Below are positions 17,633 to 28,200 of a DNA stretch of 64,000 nt, piece by piece. Source of the DNA: Methanobacteriota archaeon (GTDB lineage: Archaea; Thermoplasmatota; Poseidoniia; Poseidoniales; Poseidoniaceae); assembly GCA_018691345.1 (NCBI GenBank), contig JABGTJ010000112.1, positions 242 through 64,241 on the forward strand, written 5' to 3'. A model generated the notes under the pieces. It was not told where the DNA came from, did no database searches, and was given only the letters and a program-made list of their open reading frames with translations. Position numbers and translations under genes: made by a program. Every line of letters starts with the position of its first letter. The first letter of the stretch is position 1.

Positions 17633-19441
17633 ATGAACTTCCGACCGTGGCTGATTTTGTTCGTTATGACGACCACCAGTTTGTCCGGATGTTTCGGCGA
17701 ACAGCAGATTGACGAAGGTGGCATAGAGACATCCTACGATGTTTATCCCGAGCCATGGGAACGCACTCAGATGCAGTACGATGATACAGATATTTATTCC
17801 CGTGTAACGCAAAACGGCTCATACTCCATCGATACGGTACAGTCGGTCTACGTTGCAGTTCCAAGCATTACCGCTGCGGACGGTGGCTCAGGCTTGACCG
17901 GCGGCGCTGAAGTACACCTCGGACTTTGGATGCCGGTGATTGAAGGCTGCGATTGGACAGCAGCTAACCTTTCAGCGGAATGTCAAGTCCCAGTGATCGC
18001 TGAAGTTGGACCGTACTACAACGACGGAGATGTTGACGCTCTCACTCCAGCCGACCGACTTGGTAAGTTCCTCATCGAGAACTATGTGCCTCACGGATAC
18101 GGAGTTGCACAAGTTTCAGTGTTCGGCACCGGTGAATCAAACCACTGCATGGACCTCATGGGGACCGATGAGCAACGCGGAATAGATGCTGCTGTGACGT
18201 GGCTTGGAACTCAACCATGGTCCAACGGTAAAGTCGGAATGATTGGAAAATCATACGATGGCTCCACACCTTGGCAGGCCGCTACGTTCGGCAATCCTCA
18301 TCTTGCTACCATCGTCCCTATGTCCGGTCTCATTGGAGTCCACGAACTCATGTGGCGTAACGGAAGTATGGAAGCGCGTGGCATGATTATGCACAACGGC
18401 GTATACGGCTCTTTTGGCGTAGACGGTGATGCAGAAGATCCAGAGAATCTCTGTGAAGGCTATCTTGAAGGCTACGTCAATGGACCAGCAGCATATCTTT
18501 CTGGCGGTATGGTCGACTATGCAGGCAATACCTACTGGACTGAACGTTCGTTCCTTGACCGAGTTGTCGAGAACTATCAAGGTTCGATTTACATCATCCA
18601 AGGCATGCAAGATTGGAACGTCGATCCGCACATGGCTTTCCCGACGCACCAATTGGTCGAAGCAGCCGGAATTGAAACCAAAACGCTCGCAGGACAATGG
18701 GCCCATGATTATCCAGACCGGAAATCGGGGCATGAGGCTCTTCCATCCGGTGAAGGTGCTGAGGCTTACCCATACACATTACGCTGGGATTGGGCCGATG
18801 AAATGCTCTACTGGTTTGACTGGTACCTCAAGGGCGAGGGCCGTGCTCCGACCTTGGGAGTTGAAATGCAAGACAACCGAGGTGGTTGGAGATTTGAAAC
18901 CACTTATCCGGCTGAGGATACATTCTACATGGAAATCGGTGCTGCTGACATGAACCCAAGCGGTGCTTCGATGGTTACGACTACAGAAACCATCACCCTT
19001 TCTTACGGTCCTTTTGAAGAGGATGTTTACATCGCTGGTATGCCAACGTTCCACATTCCAATCACCACACACACAACCAACGGCGCTCATGCTTATCTGG
19101 AAATGAGCGATGAATCTGGAATGCGTCTTGGACATGCAGTCATGGATTTCCGATTCGCTGACGGTGGTCGTGATGGTGATGTTGCACTCGGTGCATTTGT
19201 TTCGGTGACTGGGCTAATGGAATTCATGCCAATGGATATCTTCCTCTCGGCCGGTGAATCCATCCAAATCACCATGTCCCAAACTGGTCAAGACTACGTT
19301 CCTTCGCCAGGCGCGCTTGGTGGTTATTCAGTAAATTGGGCTGGAGCAACGCTCACCTTGCCGTTGGTAAACCGGACATGTGCTGACCTTTTCCAAGCTC
19401 CAATGCACGAGTATTCGATGGATGCAGCGCGTTTGTGCTGA
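17633..19441 (+). CDS. Secreted X-Pro dipeptidyl-peptidase / CocE-NonD family (S15) hydrolase, lipobox-type signal
   Basis: GMIGKSYDGSTPWQAA (GxSYxG nucleophile elbow), HCMDLMG, QGMQDWNVDPHM. N-terminus MNFRPWLILFVMTTTSLSGCFGEQ (ATG 17633; the ORF track starts at GTG 17600). Confidence 0.85.
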   Translation: MNFRPWLILFVMTTTSLSGCFGEQQIDEGGIETSYDVYPEPWERTQMQYDDTDIYSRVTQNGSYSIDTVQSVYVAVPSITAADGGSGLTGGAEVHLGLWMPVIEGCDWTAANLSAECQVPVIAEVGPYYNDGDVDALTPADRLGKFLIENYVPHGYGVAQVSVFGTGESNHCMDLMGTDEQRGIDAAVTWLGTQPWSNGKVGMIGKSYDGSTPWQAATFGNPHLATIVPMSGLIGVHELMWRNGSMEARGMIMHNGVYGSFGVDGDAEDPENLCEGYLEGYVNGPAAYLSGGMVDYAGNTYWTERSFLDRVVENYQGSIYIIQGMQDWNVDPHMAFPTHQLVEAAGIETKTLAGQWAHDYPDRKSGHEALPSGEGAEAYPYTLRWDWADEMLYWFDWYLKGEGRAPTLGVEMQDNRGGWRFETTYPAEDTFYMEIGAADMNPSGASMVTTTETITLSYGPFEEDVYIAGMPTFHIPITTHTTNGAHAYLEMSDESGMRLGHAVMDFRFADGGRDGDVALGAFVSVTGLMEFMPMDIFLSAGESIQITMSQTGQDYVPSPGALGGYSVNWAGATLTLPLVNRTCADLFQAPMHEYSMDAARLC

Positions 19442-21442
19442 TCAATCGAACATAGTTAGAATATCACGGAACAGCGTTTGGGCATGCCCTTCGCTTCGCT
19501 CTACCAATCGCTTGACAATCAATTCAGGCGTCGAACGGGCGAGATGATTCCGCTTCGGTGTTCGGTCGACCATCAGTTCTAAATTGGCATCTAAGCCAGT
19601 AGCCTCTATGCCATCGACTCTCAAATCGTTGCGTCCTGTAGCCTTCAGTATTGCAGGCGCAAGGTGAGTGACCAGCATCATTGTCGTATCGTCTTGGGCC
19701 TCCGCAGCAAGCAGCATGCCTGCAATGATTCGAGCACCAGCGCCTGGCTCAGTGATTGCTTCCAGTTCATCTGCAAGAATCAGTTTTGGCGTTGGGTCAC
19801 TGACTACATTGGCTAATTCGACCAACGTTTGTTCCAGCGCACCAGCGCTTTGAGTACCCCCTGCTTTTGCAAGAATGTGCATGGCATCGACCTGTCCAAC
19901 ACGCGCAGAAAGGCCCGGAACTGGCAATCCCATGTGTGCAAGAATGCACGTGTGTGCAAGCAGTTCGAGAAGTGTAGTTTTACCACCGGAATTGGCACCT
20001 GTGAGGAGGGCAAGTGATTGTTGATCACCGCTCTCACCAGCGTTTCCTATTCCGTAGGTGACCGGGTCAGGCTCACATCCAAGCAACAGATGCCGTCCTT
20101 CTTCAATGTAGATTCCATGTTCTACAAATTCGGGAAGTACACATTCCCTCGCCTTGGCCCATAGGGCGATGCAAACCCATTGGTCAAATCCGATAAGAGC
20201 GCGGACCGCATCTTCACAGCGAGAACGGAGTGGTCCAAGTTTCTGTGCGAGCATGAGCATGTGTTCAGTTTCGCCCGTCTTGAGTTTCTGCTCGAGAGAC
20301 TGGTCGATTTCATCGATGACTTTTCTGTTGATTTTAGCAGGCCACTGGGTGGCAAAGATGTCGTATGGGCACCGGACTCCCGTGCCTTCCAAAGTTTCAA
20401 CCATAGATTGTTTTGCCTTTTGCATGGCTTCAGTGATGACATCACTGGTGGCTTCCTGTAATTTTCTTTGAAAAGCTGCTCCGTCTGAAAGTGCTTCAAG
20501 AAGTTCGGCACCACTCAAGTTCATTTTCGCATCATCCATGGCTTGCGCCACTTCATCGTTGACCTGCCCTTCCAGTCCTTTAGCGACTTTCCACAGCGTG
20601 TCTTTCACTTCTGCAATGGTCTCGAGATCACCTTGGTCATCTATACTTTCGAGTATCTCCGGCAAGTGTTCAAGGCCGGTAACAAGTGAGAACAGTTCAT
20701 CGATGAAAGGATGAGACTCTGTGGATTCACGAGCCATTTTCACGACGTCCGATACAACGGTTAGTGTGCGAAGGTTTTGGCGGAACCAATCGATGGTTCG
20801 CTCAGGTAGAATCAGTTCACTCGAGGCTCCTTTCGGAAGAACAACCCACCCATCCGGTGCTTCATCGGGTGCTCCTGAACCAATCCAAGTTACCGATTTG
20901 AATACGGTATAATCCTTCCAAGTTTCTCCTTCACCAGGCTGCAAGACTCTGCACCACTTCTTGAAACCGTCCAACGGTTCTTTGCTAACAACGACTCGCT
21001 CATAGCGCTCGTTGGCGAATCTGGTTTGTCGTAGGTTGTGGAACAGTCCAGAAAGGGTAACCATTCGTTCATGATGTTGACTTTGAAAGTGCATGGAATG
21101 GCTGACTTTGAGTCGACGTTCCGCAGGGTTTTCAACGGGCATCAACAGTTGCATTCTCTCTCGAGTTGCAGCACATGAAGCAAATGTAACAATGTCCTGC
21201 AGCAGTGCACGATGGAGTTTTTCCGCCTCCTTTGTAGCGAGGAAGGAACCCGATTGTCCAGTGATCATACGTGCAAGATTCAGTGCTCTTTTCGGTGAGA
21301 CTCCATCGATTTCAGCAATTCGGGCGATGTCGCCCGACTTTAACGATGCAATCGCTTCTTCTTCTCCACCGAAATGTTCAGTGATTTTTTGGGCAAGCCG
21401 TTCGCCAACACCCGGCAGTTTACTCAGAACCATGCGTACCAT
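19442..21442 (-). CDS. MutS-family ATPase (domain V) with N-terminal helix-hairpin-helix pair; archaeal MutS-like
   Basis: Walker A LLTGANSGGKTTLLELLAH, Walker B ILADELEAITEPGAG, N-terminal LPGVGERLAQKI...IDGVSPKRALNLAR. No recognisable mismatch-binding domain I or Smr domain. Confidence 0.8.
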   Translation of the reverse strand: MVRMVLSKLPGVGERLAQKITEHFGGEEEAIASLKSGDIARIAEIDGVSPKRALNLARMITGQSGSFLATKEAEKLHRALLQDIVTFASCAATRERMQLLMPVENPAERRLKVSHSMHFQSQHHERMVTLSGLFHNLRQTRFANERYERVVVSKEPLDGFKKWCRVLQPGEGETWKDYTVFKSVTWIGSGAPDEAPDGWVVLPKGASSELILPERTIDWFRQNLRTLTVVSDVVKMARESTESHPFIDELFSLVTGLEHLPEILESIDDQGDLETIAEVKDTLWKVAKGLEGQVNDEVAQAMDDAKMNLSGAELLEALSDGAAFQRKLQEATSDVITEAMQKAKQSMVETLEGTGVRCPYDIFATQWPAKINRKVIDEIDQSLEQKLKTGETEHMLMLAQKLGPLRSRCEDAVRALIGFDQWVCIALWAKARECVLPEFVEHGIYIEEGRHLLLGCEPDPVTYGIGNAGESGDQQSLALLTGANSGGKTTLLELLAHTCILAHMGLPVPGLSARVGQVDAMHILAKAGGTQSAGALEQTLVELANVVSDPTPKLILADELEAITEPGAGARIIAGMLLAAEAQDDTTMMLVTHLAPAILKATGRNDLRVDGIEATGLDANLELMVDRTPKRNHLARSTPELIVKRLVERSEGHAQTLFRDILTMFD

Positions 21443-21610
21443 CGTTTGTCAAAGGCTTTTGAGGATATTGCTCAAACGGCATCTCAATCCTCGAATTTCC
21501 GGGAACGAACTCTACAGGTCAACTGCTCGTTAACCTCAAAAGACAGTGTCCATACGAAGTACTGGTGCACAGGATTGGATCAAGACGGTTCTGACGGTCA
21601 AAAACGCTCG

Positions 21611-23446
21611 ATGCTCGAGTTTAACATCGTGCTGAGTTCAGTTGTTGCCGTTTCTCTCGTCTTCCTTTTTATTTCCGCAGTCTACAGTGGTGCGGTTATC
21701 GAAATCGTTGAAGATGAGGACCAATTATCCACAGTCCGTGTTCCAGTTTGGGAACGCAACACCTTGCCTTATCAGACCGATGGCGAGTTTGGAGTGGCCC
21801 TTGAAGTTGGACCGTATGAGTTGCTACCAACCGAGAACGAGTGGAGTTCAACTCACCATTTTGTCGAGTACGCTCTTCCGATTGAGGAAGGCGGTGCTGC
21901 CCCTGACGATGCCGTCATTAGTCTCGCTGTTTGGAGACCAAATGTTCCTGATGGCGTTCAAGTTCCAGTGATTGCTGAATTTGGACCCTATTTCCAAGAA
22001 GCATCGGTTGAAACGCCGAGCATTGAAGTTCCGGGCACATGGCTTGGTCAGATGATTATTGACCAGATACTTCCGCACGGCTTTGCATTCGCCCAAGTGT
22101 CCGTCTCCGGCACAGGACGTTCGAACCACTGCATGGATTTGATGGGCAACGCTGAGCAACTTGGCAACGATGCAGCTGTACGATGGCTCGCAGAACAGAA
22201 TTGGTCGAACGGCGCTGTTGGGATGATTGGAAAATCATACGACGGCAGCACACCATGGCAAGCAGCCATGTTCGGTGCTGAACACGATTATCTCAAGACC
22301 ATTGTACCTATTTCAGGATTAATTGGGGTCAAGGAATTGATGTGGCGCAACGGTTCTTCCGAAGCGAGAGCCCCCATTATGCACAACGGCGTTTACGGCT
22401 CATATGGACTGGATGGCGACGAAGAGGATTATCAAAACCTCTGTCCGGATTACATCATTGGCCCTGGTACAGGAGTTTCTGCGTACATGTTCGGCTCGGA
22501 AGTTGCCGGTGATTACTGGGCTGAGCGGTACTTCCTTGAACGGGTATTGGACAATTACGAAGGCAGTGTTTACTTGATTCAAGGTATGCATGACTGGAAC
22601 GTCGACCCGCACATGGCGGTCCCGACGATGAATGCTCTCAAAGACGCTGGAATCGATGCGAAGGGATTGTTTGGCCAGTGGGACCACGACTATCCAGACC
22701 GCCCTGTTCAGTTGGATGACCGTTCTGATTTAGGCGGCCGTGGCGGGGAAGCGTTCCCGGAAATGATTCGTTATGATTGGATGCAAGATTTACTCGAGTG
22801 GTTCGACTTCTATCTGCGAGATGTTGGTGAACAACCAGGTCTTTACATCGAGATTCAGTCAAACCAAGGCTCATGGAGACTTGAAGACAGGTATCCTCCA
22901 AGCGACACGGTCGAAATGACCTTTGATTTAGGTGGCTCAATGGACAACATTGGAGGAGGGACAACCGTGTTCCCCGATGCCAATACTGGGCCGGTTTGGC
23001 AATCTGCTCCACTTACAGAAACCATGTATGTTGCAGGAACTCCTCGGCTGCATGTGGACGTCACCACAGCAACCGTTGGTGGGCAATTGTATGCTCTGCT
23101 CGAAGAATGTGATGATTCGAACAATTGCATTCACATCGGACATGCGATTATGGATTTGCGATACCACGCTGGCGGTGATGATATTCAATCATGGACGCCT
23201 GTAGTTGAAACAATCAATGCAAAGATGGAGTTCATGCCTTTGGATGCGGAGATTCCTGAAGGCCATACCTTGCGACTGAGTCTACTTTCAACGGGTGAAG
23301 ATTACTTGCCAGCAAGCACCTCCTCCGCCGTGTTTGTCCAAGAAGGGGAATCCTCGACGCTCCAAATGGATACGTTCATACCTGCCGATCGAATTTATTT
23401 CACGCCACCAGAATGTTTTCACGAGCGTTGCATCACCGGAGAATAA
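21611..23446 (+). CDS. Secreted CocE-NonD family (S15) hydrolase, paralog of 17633..19441
   Basis: Start trimmed to ATG 21611 (MLEFNIVLSSVVAVSLVFLFISAVYSG) to remove the overlap with the MutS-like gene. GMIGKSYDGSTPWQAA, HCMDLMG and QGMHDWNVDPHM are nearly identical to the paralog. Confidence 0.85.
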   Translation: MLEFNIVLSSVVAVSLVFLFISAVYSGAVIEIVEDEDQLSTVRVPVWERNTLPYQTDGEFGVALEVGPYELLPTENEWSSTHHFVEYALPIEEGGAAPDDAVISLAVWRPNVPDGVQVPVIAEFGPYFQEASVETPSIEVPGTWLGQMIIDQILPHGFAFAQVSVSGTGRSNHCMDLMGNAEQLGNDAAVRWLAEQNWSNGAVGMIGKSYDGSTPWQAAMFGAEHDYLKTIVPISGLIGVKELMWRNGSSEARAPIMHNGVYGSYGLDGDEEDYQNLCPDYIIGPGTGVSAYMFGSEVAGDYWAERYFLERVLDNYEGSVYLIQGMHDWNVDPHMAVPTMNALKDAGIDAKGLFGQWDHDYPDRPVQLDDRSDLGGRGGEAFPEMIRYDWMQDLLEWFDFYLRDVGEQPGLYIEIQSNQGSWRLEDRYPPSDTVEMTFDLGGSMDNIGGGTTVFPDANTGPVWQSAPLTETMYVAGTPRLHVDVTTATVGGQLYALLEECDDSNNCIHIGHAIMDLRYHAGGDDIQSWTPVVETINAKMEFMPLDAEIPEGHTLRLSLLSTGEDYLPASTSSAVFVQEGESSTLQMDTFIPADRIYFTPPECFHERCITGE

Positions 23447-23455
23447 ATCCCTCTC

Positions 23456-23764
23456 TCATTTGGTGAAACGCCTGGTAAGGTAAAATCCTGCAAGAGCAGC
23501 TAATCCGAAAGAACCGGTTTCTAAGAGCGCATTCAACATCGAATCAGCTTGTTGAACCAAATTGGTTTCTTCCAATAATCCGAACGTTAGTCGATGCCAG
23601 TCTACGATGACTATTCCTCGTGTTTCAAGCCATTTTAACAGTATGAACTGAATGGCAAACAAGAACTTAATCATGTTACTTGCAATCTTGAAAAGGAAGG
23701 CTGCTAGAACACCCAGCACGAGTCCTTGCAGAGCAGAATTACTGAGTTCAACCGCTTCAATCAT
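23456..23764 (-). CDS. Small membrane protein, FUN14-like
   Basis: 102 aa with 3 hydrophobic segments. The pattern LGVLAAFLFK...ILLKWLETRGIVIVDWHRL resembles the FUN14 family. Recognition by eye only. Confidence 0.5.
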   Translation of the reverse strand: MIEAVELSNSALQGLVLGVLAAFLFKIASNMIKFLFAIQFILLKWLETRGIVIVDWHRLTFGLLEETNLVQQADSMLNALLETGSFGLAALAGFYLTRRFTK

Positions 23765-23813
23765 GAAATTAAATTAATCCGGAGGTTCATGTTGTTTTCG
23801 CATGGTTGTGCTT

Positions 23814-25220
23814 TCACGAAGAATACGGTAATTCAAGTTCGACCGCAAACAACGGGTCGGGGTCGGTCGAATCGTGGTACGCGACTACAACTCCACCGTC
23901 GTTGAGGATACCGAGCGAAGCGAAGTCGAAACGGATATCGTTTCCTGCCCCTGAGGTTGAGTCAAGGTCGCCTTGACCGAGGTAGGTCATTGAATCTGGC
24001 GACATATCTTCTGAGTATCCACGAACGTGATACACCATGTCAATGTCCGGTCCACCAGTGCTTTGGTATCGAATATTCAACACGAACAGGTCCAATTCGC
24101 CGTTGGCTTGGAACTCCCATTCTTCAATAGATGACGATACTGAACTCATGTCATAGGTTTGGTTTTGCCATGTCAACGCTCCGTCTGTCGACATATAATG
24201 TGTGAAAGTCGTACCTGAGTTGGCAACGCAATGCAGTGTTCCCGCAGAGTCAAAATGGCAGTATTCTGAAGGGAATTGTATTTCCAATTCGTTCCAAGAC
24301 AAGGTCGTGTCCATGTATGCTGCGTTTCCGTTGTTGTAGTAACTCGGGAAAATGAGGCCACCGGTTGGCATTGGGAACGCTCGCATTTCCTTGTGGGGCT
24401 TGTTGACGTCGTAGTACGAAGTCAGTCCTTCTTCAGTGAAGTTTAGGTCCAGTTCAATTGTAGGGTCGTTTGAATCTCGGCTCGTGAACTGGAACGGTAC
24501 GTAATTAAGTCCGTCAACGCTTATTTGGCCCCCTGCGTCAAGCGATTGGTGCCAGAAATTAGAGACCACAATACTCGCCCATTCACCGTTTCCGATGGAG
24601 GAAGTAATCGGGCCAACAACCTCAACTTGCCAGGATCGGTCATAGAAAGGTTCAGTTAAGCGGTTGTAGCACCATTTCCATTCATCTTCGGATTCATCAA
24701 AGAGAATGGCATAGAACTTGTCGATTTTTCCGTCAGCACCGACGTAGGGGTACCACGACATTGAGATGATGTCTCCATTGGTGGCTTGAACGATGCTACC
24801 TTCTCCCAGTCCTTCTTGACCTGGGTTTGTTGGGACTGCTGTTACGCATTGCCCTAGAGCAGGAAACACTCCGGGTATGTAGGTGTCCCACGTGTGGCCG
24901 CGGTCTTCACTGAATACGGGATATTCTCCACCGATGTTGAGAATTTGCCCTTCAATTGTAGTGGCAAGGTAGTGTTCGCAGCAGTTGCCGCCTTTTGATG
25001 CATCAAATACCGCCCATGACGTGTTGGTCGTTTCGTTTGTTCGCAGGTCAACGGTAACAAACATGCGAGCATCTTCGTGAGAAACGCTGTCAATCAGTTG
25101 GTATGATTCCCAAATCGAGGTCATATCGGAGTCGTTTTCCATCATCTCTTCACCACCGCCAAAACAGCCTGCTAAGACCATTGAGGCGACTAAAAGAACA
25201 GAGAATAGGACCCTTCGCAT
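23814..25220 (-). CDS. Secreted lipobox protein with BNR/Asp-box motifs (sialidase-fold-like beta-propeller candidate)
   Basis: Start trimmed to ATG 25220 (MRRVLFSVLLVASMVLAGCFGGG). One canonical Asp-box SEDRGHTW and one near-canonical STDGALTW. Confidence 0.65.
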   Translation of the reverse strand: MRRVLFSVLLVASMVLAGCFGGGEEMMENDSDMTSIWESYQLIDSVSHEDARMFVTVDLRTNETTNTSWAVFDASKGGNCCEHYLATTIEGQILNIGGEYPVFSEDRGHTWDTYIPGVFPALGQCVTAVPTNPGQEGLGEGSIVQATNGDIISMSWYPYVGADGKIDKFYAILFDESEDEWKWCYNRLTEPFYDRSWQVEVVGPITSSIGNGEWASIVVSNFWHQSLDAGGQISVDGLNYVPFQFTSRDSNDPTIELDLNFTEEGLTSYYDVNKPHKEMRAFPMPTGGLIFPSYYNNGNAAYMDTTLSWNELEIQFPSEYCHFDSAGTLHCVANSGTTFTHYMSTDGALTWQNQTYDMSSVSSSIEEWEFQANGELDLFVLNIRYQSTGGPDIDMVYHVRGYSEDMSPDSMTYLGQGDLDSTSGAGNDIRFDFASLGILNDGGVVVAYHDSTDPDPLFAVELELPYSS

Positions 25221-25280
25221 GAAGAAGCGTAGCGGCACATTGATTTGAAGCCGTCGCTGTGATGAAAGACGGTTTCAGTC

Positions 25281-28200
25281 TCATTGAACTGTGAACCAAA
25301 CGGTTGTTCCATCAACCTCAAAGTGCTCAGCATCCGTTCCAGCTTCATCCGAATGAGAGTGGAAAATGGCAGCGGCAGCACGCGTTTCTGTGACAATCCA
25401 TTGTCGGTCTCGTTCGAACATTTCTGGTGCATTTTCAGTCCAAATTTCCAAATCAATGGTCGCTTCAATAGCGAGGTTGAGGTCTTTTCGCATGGCTTGA
25501 ATTCGGCGAGTAATGTCCCGAGCAAGTCCCTTTGAAAGCAAGTCTGGCGTATCGTTCATGTCGAGGACCAGGCTAATCTGTTGGGCAGCATCACCTTGAC
25601 CGATGGTAACCGTTGATGCTGCAAACCCTTCTCGCTCGATGCGTCGCACTTCGACATCACTTTCTTCGATGGCGACACCAAGGATTTCACAGGTACCTGC
25701 TTGAATGGAGGCCAGCATTGCCGTTGGGTCGTCAGCGTTCTTAATCTCTCCAGCGACAGCATTGATTTCACTGCGTGCTTTGGGTGCCAAAGCACGGAAA
25801 TTAGGAGCCAGTTCAATCTGTTGGAATCGGTCAAGGTCATTTTCAACTTCGATCGATTCGACGTTGAGTTCTTCGGCTAATATATCATGGAATTCGGCCA
25901 TGTCGGGGCCAGATACAATCCATCCTTGGGCGCATGGAAGGCGTTGGCGCCGGCCAGCCTCAATACGGATGCGTCGGCCAACTTCAGCGAGTTCACGGAC
26001 GAGAGCCATCGTGGCTTCGAGTGAGAGATCTTGAGGGGGCAAGTTGGCGGTCGCAACTGCAGCCTCTTCATCCCACTCGTCAGCTGTAGCACCTTCGAGT
26101 GAGCCCGGAATGCCGAGCGGCCATGCCGCTTGATGCACCGTTTCTCCAGTTAAGTTTCGGTGAATGACATCGACCATGAATGGACTCACAGGGGCTACCA
26201 ATCGGCAAACTGTAGTGAGTATCTCGTGAAGTGTGTGTTGGCAAGCGACTTTGTCACTGGTCTCAGCATCGTCCCATAATCGGCGACGGCTGCGTCGGAC
26301 ATACCAATTCGATACATCGTTGACGATGAATTCTTCGAGGTCACGGCACGCCTTGTGGAAGTTCCACTGTTTGAAGTCAGCATGGTACGTGTTGGCAGTG
26401 GTTGCCAAACGGGAGAGAATCCATCGGTCGAGCGAAGAGCGAGATGCGATGTCTGAGGTTGATTGTTCAGGGTCGAACCCATCGAGTGCTGCGTAATCGG
26501 CGTGGAACTTGTAGACGTTCCATAGCGTCAAGAACATCTTTCCATACGTTTCTCGAACTCCATTCGAGTCGAACTTCAACGGATTCCATGGCGCTCCAGC
26601 TGTGACCATGTACCAGCGTGTTGCATCAGCACCTTCACGGTTGAAGTGGTCCCAAGGGTCAACGATGTTGCCGCGAGACTTCGACATTTTCTTTCCTTCT
26701 GCGTCGAGAATCAATCCGAGGCTCAAGCAACGCTTGTACGCTGGTTGGTCAAACACCGCCGTTGAAACAGCAAGCAGTGTGTAGAACCATCCTCGAGTTT
26801 GGTCGACACCCTCGCAGATGTAGTCGACAGGGAATGAAGCATCGAACGTTTCCTTTCCTTCGAATGGATAATGCCATTGAGCGAAAGGGGCGCATCCCGA
26901 ATCAAACCAACAGTCCATGACAAAAGGTTCTCTATGCATCGGTTTCCCATGTTCTGAAACGAGTGTGTATCCATCGACGACAGGTCGGTGAAGGTCTACA
27001 TCATCTGGACATTCAGGGTTTTCAAATCCTGCAGCAACGGCTTTTGCCACTTCGCTTTGTAATTCAGAAATAGATCCGATGCACTTCATGTTGCCTTCGT
27101 CGTCTCGCCAAACTGGGAGCGGTGTGCCCCAATAGCGTTCACGGGATATGGCCCAATCTTTGACGTTGCGAAGCCATTCACCAAATCGACCTTCACCGAC
27201 CCAGTCAGGTGCCCATTCAACCCCATCGTTGAACTCCAACAGCCGTTCCTTGACAGCAGTCATTCGAACAAACCATGAATCCATTGCGTAGTAGAGCAAT
27301 GGATGGTCGGTTCTCCAACAGTGTGGGTAGTCGTGAAGGTAGGATTTTTCTCGGTAAAGCAGTCCGCTCTCAGGGCCTTTTCCGTTGCTTCCACCTTTGG
27401 CAGAGAGCAATTCAATGACCGTTTGGTCGCATTCTTTGACGTACCGTCCGTCGAGTTGCGGATGCGTTCCAGCGAGGAACGCACCGTCCATGCCAACGGT
27501 GTGGTAAGCGGGAAGACCAGCAGCCATTCCTAGGTTGTAGTCGTCCTCACCGTACATGACTGCGGTGTGCACAACGCCCGTTCCATCGGTCGTGGTGACC
27601 CAATCGGCTTCAAGAACAGTCCATGCTGTTGTGGATTCCCCACGTGGGACGGCGTTTGGGAACAATGGCTCATAGGCTCGACCAACCAAGGAAGAGCCAG
27701 TGAACTCCTCGATAATTTCGACGTTGTGTCGAAGGACATCCTTCATCAATTCTTTTGCAAGAATCACTTCTTCACCGTCGGATGCACCTCCTGCACCAAT
27801 CCAGTTTTCTGCTTGTTCTGTAATTCGTACTCGGACATAGGTGACCTCTGGCCCAACAGCTAATCCGACGTTGCCAGGTAACGTCCATGGCGTGGTCGTC
27901 CATGCGAGGATGCTTGCATCGTCATCGAGGAGTTTGAATTTAACATAAACAGAAGGTTCCTCGACTTCCTTGTACCCTAAAGCCACTTCGTGACTCGAGT
28001 ACGAAGTGCCAGTTTGTGGGCAATACGGCAGAACTTTGTGGCCTCTGTACAACAGGCCTTTATCGAACATTTGCTTCATTGCCCACCAACACGACTCGAC
28101 GTAATTATTGTCAAGCGTGACGTAAGGATTGTCAAGATCGACCCAGTAAGCCATTCGTTCAGTCATTTCTCTCCACGCTGATTCATAGGTCCAAACCGAA

